From assembly GCA_934167875.1 (NCBI GenBank), contig CAKPMC010000001.1, positions 13,634 through 77,633 on the forward strand: DNA of 64,000 bases. The letters are read 5' to 3'. A program made the translations under genes and the position numbers. Under the pieces are notes generated by a model. That model did no database searches. It saw only the letters and a program-made list of their open reading frames with translations, and was not told the DNA's origin. This document shows, piece after piece, positions 20,380 to 29,690 of this stretch (position 1 is the stretch's first letter; each line of letters opens with the position of its first letter). The stretch comes from an uncultured Bacilli bacterium (lineage in GTDB: Bacteria; Bacillota_I; Bacilli_A; RF39; UBA660).

Positions 20380-20825
20380 AATCTTCCTCCTCTTTTTTTA
20401 TTATCTAATACATTTTTCTTATTCATTTCCATTATTATTTCACTAATACCATGTAATGTTTTCCAAGCAACACCATCTTCTCCTAAATAAATCATAGAAT
20501 ATCCACCAATAACTTGATATTTTGAAAATTCCATTTGATTTGCTGTTAAAAACTCTATTTGTCTATCAGTAACTAATTCTGGAATATAAAATATTAACTG
20601 TGAAACATCATCATCTGATTTTATAACTAAATGACCACTACCAGCAATCATACATGGAGCTTCATGATAATCACTTTCTCTAAAATTAAGACCTATATTA
20701 TAAGTATCAACAAATTCTTTCATCTCACCAGTATGACTAATACCTTCACCAACTTTTTTCTTAAATAATGGTTGAATTATTTGTTTTTCATCTGGAACAA
20801 TCCATAATGTACCTCTATCATTCAT
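20373..20825 (-). CDS. Hypothetical protein (150 aa) translationally coupled between the HD-domain gene and valS
   Basis: The ORF has an internal ATG (MNDRGTL) that overlaps the upstream stop as ATGAATGA, and it overlaps the valS start by 7 nt. No motif I recognise. Confidence 0.5.
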   Translation of the reverse strand: MNDRGTLWIVPDEKQIIQPLFKKKVGEGISHTGEMKEFVDTYNIGLNFRESDYHEAPCMIAGSGHLVIKSDDDVSQLIFYIPELVTDRQIEFLTANQMEFSKYQVIGGYSMIYLGEDGVAWKTLHGISEIIMEMNKKNVLDNKKRGGRLC

Positions 20826-21570
20826 TTCTATTAACCCCCTTATTAATTGTATCAAAACACACTTCTCTTAACTTTTTCCATAACTTTTCACTATTAGAAT
20901 CAACATCTATTGTAGCTAAATACAAGTCAAAATTATCAGTACTAACTAATATATCTAAACTTTCATCATAATTAATATCAAAAATAAATGATAAACGAGA
21001 TATAGTTTTATCAGTATCAGTCTTAACTAAATTATTATCAACTGATTCATGTAAACTAAAACTTTTTAAAACTTCTTCAGTAACTTGACTAGCATTAAAA
21101 CTATCAGGATAATTAGTAGCCAACACTCTAAAAATATCAATTTTATCCATATCTCTAATCATCTTAGCATACATTAATTCTTCACTACTTAAACCATTTT
21201 CTATTTTTAATTTATTATGATTGATAATAGCTTTTAAAATAATAGAATCATATTTGTTATCTTTTATAAAATCTCTAATATGTCCATTATCAAAAAGATA
21301 AACACAAGATTCATTAGCATGATCAGTATTAGTAACTTTATCTGATATAATATTAAACTTTTTTATTTGTTCAAATCTACCAATATCATGTAAAAGTCCA
21401 ATAATTTTAGCTAGTTCTAAATGTTCTTTATCTAAATTCAATCTATAAGCGATCTCAGCCATTAAATCCACAACTTTATAGGTATGATAATATTTTAAAC
21501 TTATTAAATCATCCTTTAAATCATAATTACTAATATAGTTTTCAAACGCTAACTTAGCCTCTTCATACAT
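20818..21570 (-). CDS. HD-domain phosphohydrolase (250 aa), first gene of the T-box-controlled valS operon
   Basis: An HD signature (H...LLHDIGRFEQ...TDHANE...NHNK...RDMDKID) is present. The true start is the ATG (MYEEAK) whose RBS AAGGAGGAG is buried in the leader terminator stem. The upstream track residues translate the T-box (LRWYR). Confidence 0.75.
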   Translation of the reverse strand: MYEEAKLAFENYISNYDLKDDLISLKYYHTYKVVDLMAEIAYRLNLDKEHLELAKIIGLLHDIGRFEQIKKFNIISDKVTNTDHANESCVYLFDNGHIRDFIKDNKYDSIILKAIINHNKLKIENGLSSEELMYAKMIRDMDKIDIFRVLATNYPDSFNASQVTEEVLKSFSLHESVDNNLVKTDTDKTISRLSFIFDINYDESLDILVSTDNFDLYLATIDVDSNSEKLWKKLREVCFDTINKGVNRNE

Positions 21571-21795
21571 AAAAAAACTCCTCCTTACATAATAAGGACG
21601 AGCAAACCCGCGGTACCACCTTAATTCATTCAAAAAGAATACCCTCAATTACTTAAATAACGGTAAGTACCGTAACTAGTTACTAAACTCACTAATTATA
21701 CTCCATCGCTACATATTTATATTCATTTACTTATTTTCACCAATCATAAGCTCTCTACAAAAATTCTATAAATACCTCGATTTCATCGCAACAAC
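21571..21795 (-). promoter_or_regulatory. T-box riboswitch leader controlling the HD-gene/valS operon
   Basis: On the minus strand there is an AGAGAG, a GGTGAAAA, an F-box CCGTTA, the T-box AATTAAGGTGGTACCGCG, and a terminator CTCGTCCTT...AAGGAGGAG plus TTTTTTT. Confidence 0.8.
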
Positions 21796-21799
21796 TAAG

Positions 21800-21832
21800 A
21801 TAATTATATTATAATTTTATCAAAAAGTAAAT
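21800..21832 (-). promoter_or_regulatory. Putative sigma-A promoter for T-box leader 2 (TTTACT-17-TATAAT)
   Basis: On the minus strand, TTTACT (21826-21831), a 17-nt spacer and a perfect TATAAT (21803-21808). Confidence 0.45.
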
Positions 21833-21839
21833 TTATTAT

Positions 21840-22103
21840 TTATAAGTTAATTTTTTTCAAATAACTCTTGTTAATAAATAAAGCATTCTCATGCTCTGGA
21901 CTAAGTAATAGTTCATTATCTTTACCAGTTATATAATCACTAAATTTCATATAACTACCATCAGTAGTTTCTGCTATTTTCTGATCAGCCTCTTTAATTT
22001 GAGTATGTATGCATGTAATATTTTTAGTTTTCACTAATGATACACATACATATATATCACCTATATATAAATCTTTAATTACTTTTTCTTGTTTCTTTTT
22101 CAT
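21840..22103 (-). CDS. Hypothetical small protein (87 aa)
   Basis: An ORF upstream of the T-box promoter with no recognised motif. Confidence 0.45.
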   Translation of the reverse strand: MKKKQEKVIKDLYIGDIYVCVSLVKTKNITCIHTQIKEADQKIAETTDGSYMKFSDYITGKDNELLLSPEHENALFINKSYLKKINL

Positions 22104-22353
22104 ATACTACCTCATGCATTAATTATTATAGATATCGAATTAATAAATGTCAAATAAAATATAAAAACATATACTAAACTAGGTGAAGTATATGTTTAAG
22201 CAAAAAGGACATGGCTTCTTCTGTAGATGTGAATCATGTAAAATAAAAAGAAGAAGTAGTTTATGGTATATGGGATGTTTATTTGCATTATTAATTATAC
22301 TTATGTGGCAAGTTTTATTTACTATTTTCATAACCACAAGATTTAATGCTTTT

Positions 22354-23274
22354 CTAATTTTCATATTGATGTGGTGTGTCATAATTGGATTTATTCGTAT
22401 TATTTTTTAAGTAGAAAATAATTTTTTCTATATATAAAACCACATTAGTAACTTGTTTAATCTTAGAATATTCAGCTAATTCTAAATCAATTTTATCTGG
22501 TATAAGAAGAAGAGATAATAATAAATATAATTCTTCTTTTTTTAGTGGATATTTTAATTGATATATTTCTAGTAAACTATCTAAAGAAATATCTAAAAAA
22601 CTATTTCTATATAAAATTTCTAAATCATATATAGGAAGATCAATTCTTGATTTATCCCAACTAATAAAATATAGATCACTATTTTCTATTAAATGACTAC
22701 TACTTAAATTACCATGGATATAAGCGCATCTAATTCTATGCTCATTTTTAATAATAGAATACCACTTTTCTATATATTCTCTACTTTGTCTTATAGCTAA
22801 ATAAATATTAGAAATATTTCTAATTAATAAATAGTTGGCTGGCGTCATATATACTTCTAATTCTATCATATCTTGAATATCGTTATAATATTTATATATT
22901 TTATCTAGTTTATTTATAGTATTCTCATATATTTCTTTTACATAGTCATCATCCACATTTTTATAGAAAGTAGTTTTAGTATGCAAAATACTAACTAGAT
23001 ATATTAAATCTTCTAATCTTTGATCTACTGGTATATTATTATCTTCAACGTAATCTGTTAATTGAAATTTATCTAGATTACTAGAGTAAATATTAGGAAA
23101 ATTATTAAAATTACGCAACTGGAGATAATTAAAAAAATCTTGATTTTTATTTACTTCTTTTAATACATATTTTTTATTATCAGTAGTAATAATAGTTGCC
23201 ATACCCTTACGTTTTATAGATTTAGGTTTTATATTATAATAGTCAAGTATTTCTTGCCTATTCATTATTAGCAC
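22354..23274 (-). CDS. CotS/YsxE-like spore-coat protein (kinase-like fold)
   Basis: Kinase-like remnants are present (IHGNLSSSHL, then WDKSRIDLPIYDL). It lies immediately downstream of the SpoVID-like gene with a 17-nt overlap, mirroring Bacillus spoVID-ysxE. Confidence 0.5.
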   Translation of the reverse strand: MLIMNRQEILDYYNIKPKSIKRKGMATIITTDNKKYVLKEVNKNQDFFNYLQLRNFNNFPNIYSSNLDKFQLTDYVEDNNIPVDQRLEDLIYLVSILHTKTTFYKNVDDDYVKEIYENTINKLDKIYKYYNDIQDMIELEVYMTPANYLLIRNISNIYLAIRQSREYIEKWYSIIKNEHRIRCAYIHGNLSSSHLIENSDLYFISWDKSRIDLPIYDLEILYRNSFLDISLDSLLEIYQLKYPLKKEELYLLLSLLLIPDKIDLELAEYSKIKQVTNVVLYIEKIIFYLKNNTNKSNYDTPHQYEN

Positions 23275-24010
23275 ATGGAATTATTAATTTACTACCAATT
23301 TTAATATCATTTAAATCATTATAATTCTGTAATAGTTCTCGTGTTACTTTATATTTATCCATAATAAACTCTAAAGTATCATTTTCTCTAACTATATATA
23401 CATAGTAAGTAGAAAATGTTTCTTCATTAGAAGCAATTGATGAAAAAATTGAACCAACACTAGTAGGAGTAACTACTCCTGTTTCTTTCTTTGTTTCTAC
23501 TACTTTTTGAGCTGGTGTTTCATCATTAACATTTAAATCTTCTTCTATTTCTTTAGCTAATTTTGATAAAGGATTAACTTCATTATCTTTAAATTCTAAT
23601 TTTTCTTTAGTATCATCAACTTCAACAGGAACAGGAATAGCTAAATCTTCAGTATTATCTTCTAGTACCTCTCTTACCATTTGTTTTTCTTCTAAACCTT
23701 CAATATCTATTTCGACATTTATTTTTAAATCTTCTTCATTTATTATTTCAAAATAAAAGTCTCCAACAACAATTTCCATATTATCCAAATCATATTTATC
23801 ATCAATATTTATAACGAAAGGAAGCTTATAGTGAAATTCCTCTTCTATTTGACTAGCATCAGTCATTTTATAACGACCATCTACTAAAATATCGCCACTT
23901 ATCTCATTATCATCTTTTAATTTTAAATTATGTGTAACTTCAATATCAGTTACTTCCGCAATCATAGTTTTAAAAGTAATTGTTTTTGTAAAAGGTACAA
24001 CCTTCTTCAT
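23258..24010 (-). CDS. SpoVID-like spore morphogenetic protein with a C-terminal LysM domain
   Basis: The C-terminal LysM is YVYIVRENDTLEFIMDKYKVTRELLQNYNDLNDIKIGSKLIIP. There is an acidic middle region, and the N-terminal domain is loosely similar to the SpoVID N-domain. Confidence 0.55.
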   Translation of the reverse strand: MKKVVPFTKTITFKTMIAEVTDIEVTHNLKLKDDNEISGDILVDGRYKMTDASQIEEEFHYKLPFVINIDDKYDLDNMEIVVGDFYFEIINEEDLKINVEIDIEGLEEKQMVREVLEDNTEDLAIPVPVEVDDTKEKLEFKDNEVNPLSKLAKEIEEDLNVNDETPAQKVVETKKETGVVTPTSVGSIFSSIASNEETFSTYYVYIVRENDTLEFIMDKYKVTRELLQNYNDLNDIKIGSKLIIPCANNE

Positions 24011-24065
24011 AATATCCCTCTTTTCTGTTAAATCTTATGCCAAAAAAAAGAAAAAAGACTATAAT

Positions 24066-24773
24066 CTATCTTTTTTCTATATTAAATTGATATTTTTTAG
24101 TAACCTGAGTTTGAAATTGTTCCTCTATCTTTTCCAAACTAAGCATTGTATCTTTAGCCATTTTTGAATAAGTATGATATTTATTTTTAAACAATTTAGT
24201 TTGTAACAACATACTCAAAGAATAAGCATATGATAAGCAATCACCATTTTCAAAAATTTGAGGGAATTCATTAATGAGCATATTAATAGTTCCCAAACAG
24301 TAAAATGGATTATATATTGATGCATCGGTTAATTGTTGCGTCAAAATCATATCAGCATAATATTTTTCATTATAAAGAAGTTGATATATTCTTTCTAAAT
24401 CATAGCCTGGAAATTTTCTATATGGTAGTTTTCTTATTTCTGCCTGTTTATTTATCCAATTAGCTGTCAATAATAATTTTTGAGAATCTGATAAGTTTTT
24501 ATAAGTATTTATTACTTCCAACATCTCATTTAAATCAGCTATTGTATCCTTTTTATGTACTCCTTCAAATCTTTTAGTATGAACAATAGTAGCAAGTTTT
24601 TCTATTAACTTAGGACTAGTATAAAAGAAATCATCATGTTCAATAACCTGACAAATAATATCACAGTATATCTCAAAATTCTCTTCTAATTTCATACATT
24701 CAAGTAATTCATCACTAGTCATACCAACAAACTGTGCTTTAATCAACAAGTAATCTAATATTTCTTGGGTCAT
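24066..24773 (-). CDS. Hypothetical protein (about 235 aa) downstream of lon
   Basis: The ORF most likely starts at the internal ATG (MTQEIL), which overlaps the lon 3-prime end. Confidence 0.45.
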   Translation of the reverse strand: MTQEILDYLLIKAQFVGMTSDELLECMKLEENFEIYCDIICQVIEHDDFFYTSPKLIEKLATIVHTKRFEGVHKKDTIADLNEMLEVINTYKNLSDSQKLLLTANWINKQAEIRKLPYRKFPGYDLERIYQLLYNEKYYADMILTQQLTDASIYNPFYCLGTINMLINEFPQIFENGDCLSYAYSLSMLLQTKLFKNKYHTYSKMAKDTMLSLEKIEEQFQTQVTKKYQFNIEKR

Positions 24774-27090
24774 TTGTTTTTCTACCTCTCTTTTTTCTAA
24801 ATAAAACTTTATATATATCCATATAACGATCAACTAAGATAAACTTAATTTCTCTTTTTATATCAATTGGAATTTCATCTAAATCTTTCTCATTACTACT
24901 AGGAATAAAAATAGTACGAATACCATTACGATGAGCACCAATTACTTTTTCTTTTAAACCACCTATAGCTAATACTTTTCCCCTTAAAGTCATTTCACCA
25001 GTCATTGCAACATTGGTATGAATACTAGTATTAGTAAGAAGTGATATTAAAGTTGTTGTTAGTGTGACACCAGCACTAGGACCATCTTTAGGAATAGCTC
25101 CTTCTGGTACGTGTATATGAATATCTTTAGTTTCAAAAATAGAATAATCAATTCCAAACTTATCATAGTTAGCTTTTATATAATCAAGAGCTAAATTAGC
25201 TGATTCCTTCATTACATCACCTAAACTACCTGTCATAATAATATTTCCTTTACCAGGAAAATAAACTGCCTCTATTGGTAATGTATCACCACCATACGGA
25301 GTATAAGCCAAGCCATTTACTACACCTATATGTTCAATTATATCAACATCTGTCCATTGATATTTTTTCTTACCTAAATATTTTTCAATATTATAATCAG
25401 TAATATTATAATAATCTTTTCCTTCACCCAACATTTTATCTTTAACAATTTTTCTTAAAACAGTAGCTAAATTACGAGATAATTCACGAACTCCAGCTTC
25501 CTTTGTATAAGAACGAATCATAGTTAAAATAACTTCATCACTAAAAGATGCTTCCATATCAGTTAAACCATGTTCTTTTAATTCTCTAGGAATTAAATAA
25601 TTTTTAGCTATATCTAACTTTTCATATTCAGTATAAGAAGATAACTCAATAATTTCTAAACGATCTCTTAATTCAGTAGGAATTTGATCGTAATAATTAG
25701 CTGTTGTTATGAACATAACTTGACTTAAATCAAATTCTTCCTCAATGTAATGGTCAGAAAAATTCTTATTTTGTTCAGGATCTAATATTTCTAACAAGCT
25801 ACTAGCTGGATCACCCTTTATATCTTTAGTCATTTTATCAATTTCATCTATGATGAACACAGGATTAGAACTATCAGCCTTTTTCATGCCTTGAATAATA
25901 AGACCAGGAGCTGCACCAATGTATGTTCTTCTATGTCCAACAATCTCAGCTTCATCATTAATACCACCAACTGATATTTTAGTACACTTACGATTTAAGC
26001 TATCAGCAATACTTTTAGCTAGTGTTGTTTTACCTACACCAGGAGGTCCAACTAAACAAATGATTGGGCTTTTTAAATTATTAGTATTTTTCTTAACCGC
26101 TAAATATTCAACTATTCTTTGTTTTACTTGTTCAAGTCCAAAATGTGAAGAATCAAGAACTTCCTTTACCTTTTTTAAATCATTATTATCTTTAGTATAT
26201 TTATTCCAAGGTAAATCAAGTAACCAATCAATATAATTACGTATCATACCTACTTCTGGAGCATTAGGCGTCATAGCTTCATATCTATTAAGTTCTAAAT
26301 ATAAACGTTCTTTTACTTTTTTATTGCATTTTAACTTATCAATTTTATTTCTTAAATCTTGAATCTCGGTATCTTTATCATTAACATCTCCAAGTTCTTC
26401 TTTAATAACTCTAATCTTTTCTCTTAAAACATATTCTTTTTGACTTTTTTCTATCTCATAAGATAACTTATCATCAATTTTCTTTTCTAATTTAGCTATT
26501 TCTAATTCTTTATTAATATCCTGAATAATCATTTCACATCTTTTAATAGCAGAAGTTTCATTAATATATTCTCTCTTTCTTAAAAGAGAAAGTGGCATAT
26601 TAGCAACAATAAAATCAGTTAAATCAGATAAGTTATCAATTTTATTTATATCATTAATAAAATCTTCTCTAAAATCACTTGCTTCAATATAATTGTCTAT
26701 TTTTTTATAAAGAATTCTACCATAGACCTTATCATCTGAATTTATAACATCTTCTATATCATCTATTTCAGCTTCTAATACTTGATCAGATTGTTTATAA
26801 TTCAATATTTTAACTCTTTTTTCACCCATAATAACAATTTTAGTCTTACCATTAGGCATATCTAGTCTTAGTTTAATTAAACCAACTATTCCAACTTGAG
26901 GAAGATTATTAATATCAATTTTGTTATCATTCAAACCACTGTGTACAATTAAAAGACTACTACTATAATAACCCTCTGATAAAGAAAATAATCTTTTTTC
27001 TATTTCAGAGTCAAAATCAGCACGAATTTCATTAGAAGGCAAAAGAACAGTATCACTAAGTACCAATACAGGAAGAGTTAATTTAGTCAT
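24739..27090 (-). CDS. lon: ATP-dependent Lon protease (LonA)
   Basis: An N-terminal LON substrate-binding domain, AAA+ Walker A (GPPGVGKT) and the catalytic Ser motif PKDGPSAG are present. AAGGAGG precedes the ATG (MTKLTLP) at 27090. Confidence 0.93.
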   Translation of the reverse strand: MTKLTLPVLVLSDTVLLPSNEIRADFDSEIEKRLFSLSEGYYSSSLLIVHSGLNDNKIDINNLPQVGIVGLIKLRLDMPNGKTKIVIMGEKRVKILNYKQSDQVLEAEIDDIEDVINSDDKVYGRILYKKIDNYIEASDFREDFINDINKIDNLSDLTDFIVANMPLSLLRKREYINETSAIKRCEMIIQDINKELEIAKLEKKIDDKLSYEIEKSQKEYVLREKIRVIKEELGDVNDKDTEIQDLRNKIDKLKCNKKVKERLYLELNRYEAMTPNAPEVGMIRNYIDWLLDLPWNKYTKDNNDLKKVKEVLDSSHFGLEQVKQRIVEYLAVKKNTNNLKSPIICLVGPPGVGKTTLAKSIADSLNRKCTKISVGGINDEAEIVGHRRTYIGAAPGLIIQGMKKADSSNPVFIIDEIDKMTKDIKGDPASSLLEILDPEQNKNFSDHYIEEEFDLSQVMFITTANYYDQIPTELRDRLEIIELSSYTEYEKLDIAKNYLIPRELKEHGLTDMEASFSDEVILTMIRSYTKEAGVRELSRNLATVLRKIVKDKMLGEGKDYYNITDYNIEKYLGKKKYQWTDVDIIEHIGVVNGLAYTPYGGDTLPIEAVYFPGKGNIIMTGSLGDVMKESANLALDYIKANYDKFGIDYSIFETKDIHIHVPEGAIPKDGPSAGVTLTTTLISLLTNTSIHTNVAMTGEMTLRGKVLAIGGLKEKVIGAHRNGIRTIFIPSSNEKDLDEIPIDIKREIKFILVDRYMDIYKVLFRKKRGRKTNDPRNIRLLVD

Positions 27091-27190
27091 GCTGTTCGCC
27101 TCCTTAAAATTAATTTTTATTATAACATCTAACAAAAAAAAAGCAACAATTTATACAATTTTTTACATTGGATAATATTGCCACTTTAAA

Positions 27191-27757
27191 TTAAGCTTGA
27201 GAACCTTCTATTATTAACTTTCCGTAAAAATAATGATTCATAATTTCATTACCACTATTTTTATCAATCCATACTATCAAAGAAGAAGTAATAGTACCAT
27301 TAGCACTAATAGTACCACTAGATACTATATTATTATTACTAGATAATAATTGGGGTTCCGTATATGAACCATCTTCTTTTTTATAAGCAAATTTAATATA
27401 AGCAGTACTAAGTTCAGGACAATTTGTACCATCATCTAATTGACAACTACTAAGTTTATCAGTATCTGCAACTACTTTAATGGAATAATTAATATCACTA
27501 TTAGAATTATTTATCATTTTAAATTCAAATGGTTCTAAGTTAAGTCCTTCAGAATCAGATATAGGATAAGCATTATTTAAATTAAGACTATCATTATCAT
27601 TAACAATCTCAACTTTAATACCATTAATAGTAATAATATTTACTAAATCACCCTTCTTCATATATTTAAAAAAACCAAAACTATTACCTATTAAGAAAAT
27701 AATAGCTAGTCCAATCAAAATACTACATATAATCAAAATTATTTTTTTCTTATTCAT
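27191..27757 (-). CDS. Secreted protein of the TasA-like paralog family (paralog 3, about 188 aa)
   Basis: The N-terminal TM plus IGNSFGFFKY motif and the internal blocks (AYPISDSEG, FEFKMINNSNSD, YSIKVVADTD) align with the 13952 and 30904 proteins. AAGGTG precedes the ATG. Confidence 0.5.
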   Translation of the reverse strand: MNKKKIILIICSILIGLAIIFLIGNSFGFFKYMKKGDLVNIITINGIKVEIVNDNDSLNLNNAYPISDSEGLNLEPFEFKMINNSNSDINYSIKVVADTDKLSSCQLDDGTNCPELSTAYIKFAYKKEDGSYTEPQLLSSNNNIVSSGTISANGTITSSLIVWIDKNSGNEIMNHYFYGKLIIEGSQA

Positions 27758-27809
27758 AATAATCACACCTTACTATGCTCAGTATAGCATTTTTAGAAAA
27801 AAAAAGAAA

Positions 27810-29081
27810 CTATTTATTAGCTTCTTTTAATATTTCAATAACTTTTCTCATTTCAAGATCATATTTAATCATATCTTTAGAACCGATAGCTTTTAATAAA
27901 TCTTCTTCTTTCATATTATATTTACTAGCTAATTCTTTAATTTCATCTTCAACTTCTTTATCAGTTACTTCTACTTTTTCAAGTTCCATAATTTTCTCTA
28001 AAGTTAAACGATATAGTACATGTTGATATGCTTCTTTTTCCATTTGAGCATGTAATGCTTTTTCATCACTTTGAGTGAATTGAAAATACATTTCAAGACT
28101 AAGTCCTTGCATCTTTAATTGTTCTTCAAACTTATGAATCATGTGATGAACTTCATCATCTACCATTTCTTCTGGAATGTCAACTTCTACATTTTTACTA
28201 ATTTCTTCTAATAACTCGTCAACGTATTTATTTTCTGCATCAACATCTTTATTAGCTTTAATATTAGCTTTGATTTCTTCTTCTAATTTTTCTTTAGTAT
28301 CTACGCCTTCCATACCTAAATCATCAAAGAAATCTTTGTCTAATTCTCTTGTTTCTTTAACTTTAATTTCATTAACTTTTACTTTAAAAACTACTTCTTT
28401 ACCAGCTAAATCTTTAGCTCCATAGTCTTCTGGGAAAGTAACATTAATATCTTTTTCTTCTCCTGCTTTCATTCCTACTAATTGTTCTTCAAATCCAGGA
28501 ATAAATGTATGAGAACCAATTTCAAGTGAATAGTTTTCTCCTTTTCCACCATCAAATGCTACACCATCTTTAAATCCCTCAAAATCAATAATAGCTACAT
28601 CGCCATTCTCAACTTTACCTTTTTCTTTAACTACAAGTTCAGTATATTGTTCTAAAAGATGAGATAATTCATGTTCTATTTCTTCTTTAGTTACTTCTAC
28701 TTTATCTTTCTTTACTTTTAATCCTTTATATTTTTTTACATTAACTTCTGGTGCAGTAATAATAGTAAATACAAATTCTACTCCAGACTCATCAATTGAT
28801 TTAATATCAACACGAGGTTGAACAACAGGAATAACATCTTTATTTTCTTCCATTACTTTTTCATAAGCAGTACCTAATAATTTTTCTGCAGCATCAATAT
28901 ATAAAGATTCTTTTCCATATTTCTTTTCAAAAACGTTTCTAGGACATTTTCCTTTTCTAAAACCATCAACTGTAACAGTCTTAACTTTTTCTTGAAAAGC
29001 TTTATCAACAGCAGTAGTCCATTCTACACCATCAATTTTAATATTTAATTCTTTTTTATTAGTATTTTTTTCTTTTGCCAT
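27810..29081 (-). CDS. tig: Trigger factor
   Basis: A ribosome-binding N-domain, the FKBP-type PPIase domain (GFRKGKCPRNVFEKKYG...) and the C-terminal domain are present. GGAGGAAT precedes the ATG. Confidence 0.93.
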   Translation of the reverse strand: MAKEKNTNKKELNIKIDGVEWTTAVDKAFQEKVKTVTVDGFRKGKCPRNVFEKKYGKESLYIDAAEKLLGTAYEKVMEENKDVIPVVQPRVDIKSIDESGVEFVFTIITAPEVNVKKYKGLKVKKDKVEVTKEEIEHELSHLLEQYTELVVKEKGKVENGDVAIIDFEGFKDGVAFDGGKGENYSLEIGSHTFIPGFEEQLVGMKAGEEKDINVTFPEDYGAKDLAGKEVVFKVKVNEIKVKETRELDKDFFDDLGMEGVDTKEKLEEEIKANIKANKDVDAENKYVDELLEEISKNVEVDIPEEMVDDEVHHMIHKFEEQLKMQGLSLEMYFQFTQSDEKALHAQMEKEAYQHVLYRLTLEKIMELEKVEVTDKEVEDEIKELASKYNMKEEDLLKAIGSKDMIKYDLEMRKVIEILKEANK

Positions 29082-29127
29082 TATAATTCCTCCAATACGC
29101 TATTTATTATAACTTAATTTTCTAATG

Positions 29128-29158
29128 TAAACAAGAAAAAGATAGTATAAACTATCTA
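29128..29158 (-). terminator. Rho-independent terminator after greA
   Basis: On the minus strand a hairpin AGATAGT-ttat-ACTATCT is followed by TTTTTCTTGTTT. Confidence 0.55.
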
Positions 29159-29632
29159 TTTTATTTCTGTAATTTCTACTTGATAAGTTCCATTAGGACT
29201 TTCAACAGTAACTGTTTCACCAACTTTATGGTTCATCAAAGCCTTAGCTATAGGACTTTCATTAGAAATTTTACTAGCAAACGGATCAGCTTCTTGACTA
29301 CCAACAATCATATATTCATCTGATTCATCATCTTCATCTATATAGCGAATAGAAACTGTACTTCCAAGACCAACTTTATCTTTAGAAGTTTCTTCTATTA
29401 TTTCATAATTTTCTAACATTTGTTCAATTTTCTTAATACGACCTTCTAATACAGCCTGTTCATTTCTAGCAGCATCATAATCTGCATTTTCAGATAAATC
29501 TCCTAATGCACGTGCTTCTTTAATAGATTGAATATTAGCTGGTCTTTTAACATTAATTAAATCATCTAATTCTTCTTTTAATTCTTCTAATCCTTTTTGT
29601 GTTAGATAAACTGGTTTTTTACCACTCATCAT
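29156..29632 (-). CDS. greA: Transcription elongation factor GreA
   Basis: An N-terminal coiled-coil and C-terminal FKBP-like domain are present. GGAGGTGGAT precedes the ATGATG start. Confidence 0.9.
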   Translation of the reverse strand: MMSGKKPVYLTQKGLEELKEELDDLINVKRPANIQSIKEARALGDLSENADYDAARNEQAVLEGRIKKIEQMLENYEIIEETSKDKVGLGSTVSIRYIDEDDESDEYMIVGSQEADPFASKISNESPIAKALMNHKVGETVTVESPNGTYQVEITEIK

Positions 29633-29690
29633 ATCCACCTCCACTTACGAATACTTCTAAAATATTATCATAAAACTAATTAAATGTCAA

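Noticed and set aside
20768-20971. 67-aa plus-strand ORF
   Set aside because: It is antisense across the junction of the HD-domain gene and the 20373 gene.
22179-22410. Two overlapping small ORFs (67 aa minus strand, 75 aa plus strand). The plus-strand one encodes a 2-TM CxC..C peptide with a GGTGAAG RBS.
   Set aside because: They are mutually overlapping, and the plus one also overlaps the 3-prime end of the ysxE-like gene convergently. Either could be real but neither can be supported from sequence alone, so they are left uncalled.
25919-26236. 105-aa plus-strand ORF inside lon
   Set aside because: It is antisense to the conserved AAA+ domain of lon.
27770-27800. Short hairpin (ATGCT-cagtat-AGCAT) between tig and TasA-like paralog 3
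   Set aside because: The stem is only 5 bp and it is not followed by a U-run on the transcribed minus strand, so it is not a convincing terminator.
27775-28425. Two plus-strand ORFs (83 and 82 aa) inside tig
   Set aside because: Both are antisense to trigger factor and are Ser/Leu low-complexity shadow ORFs.
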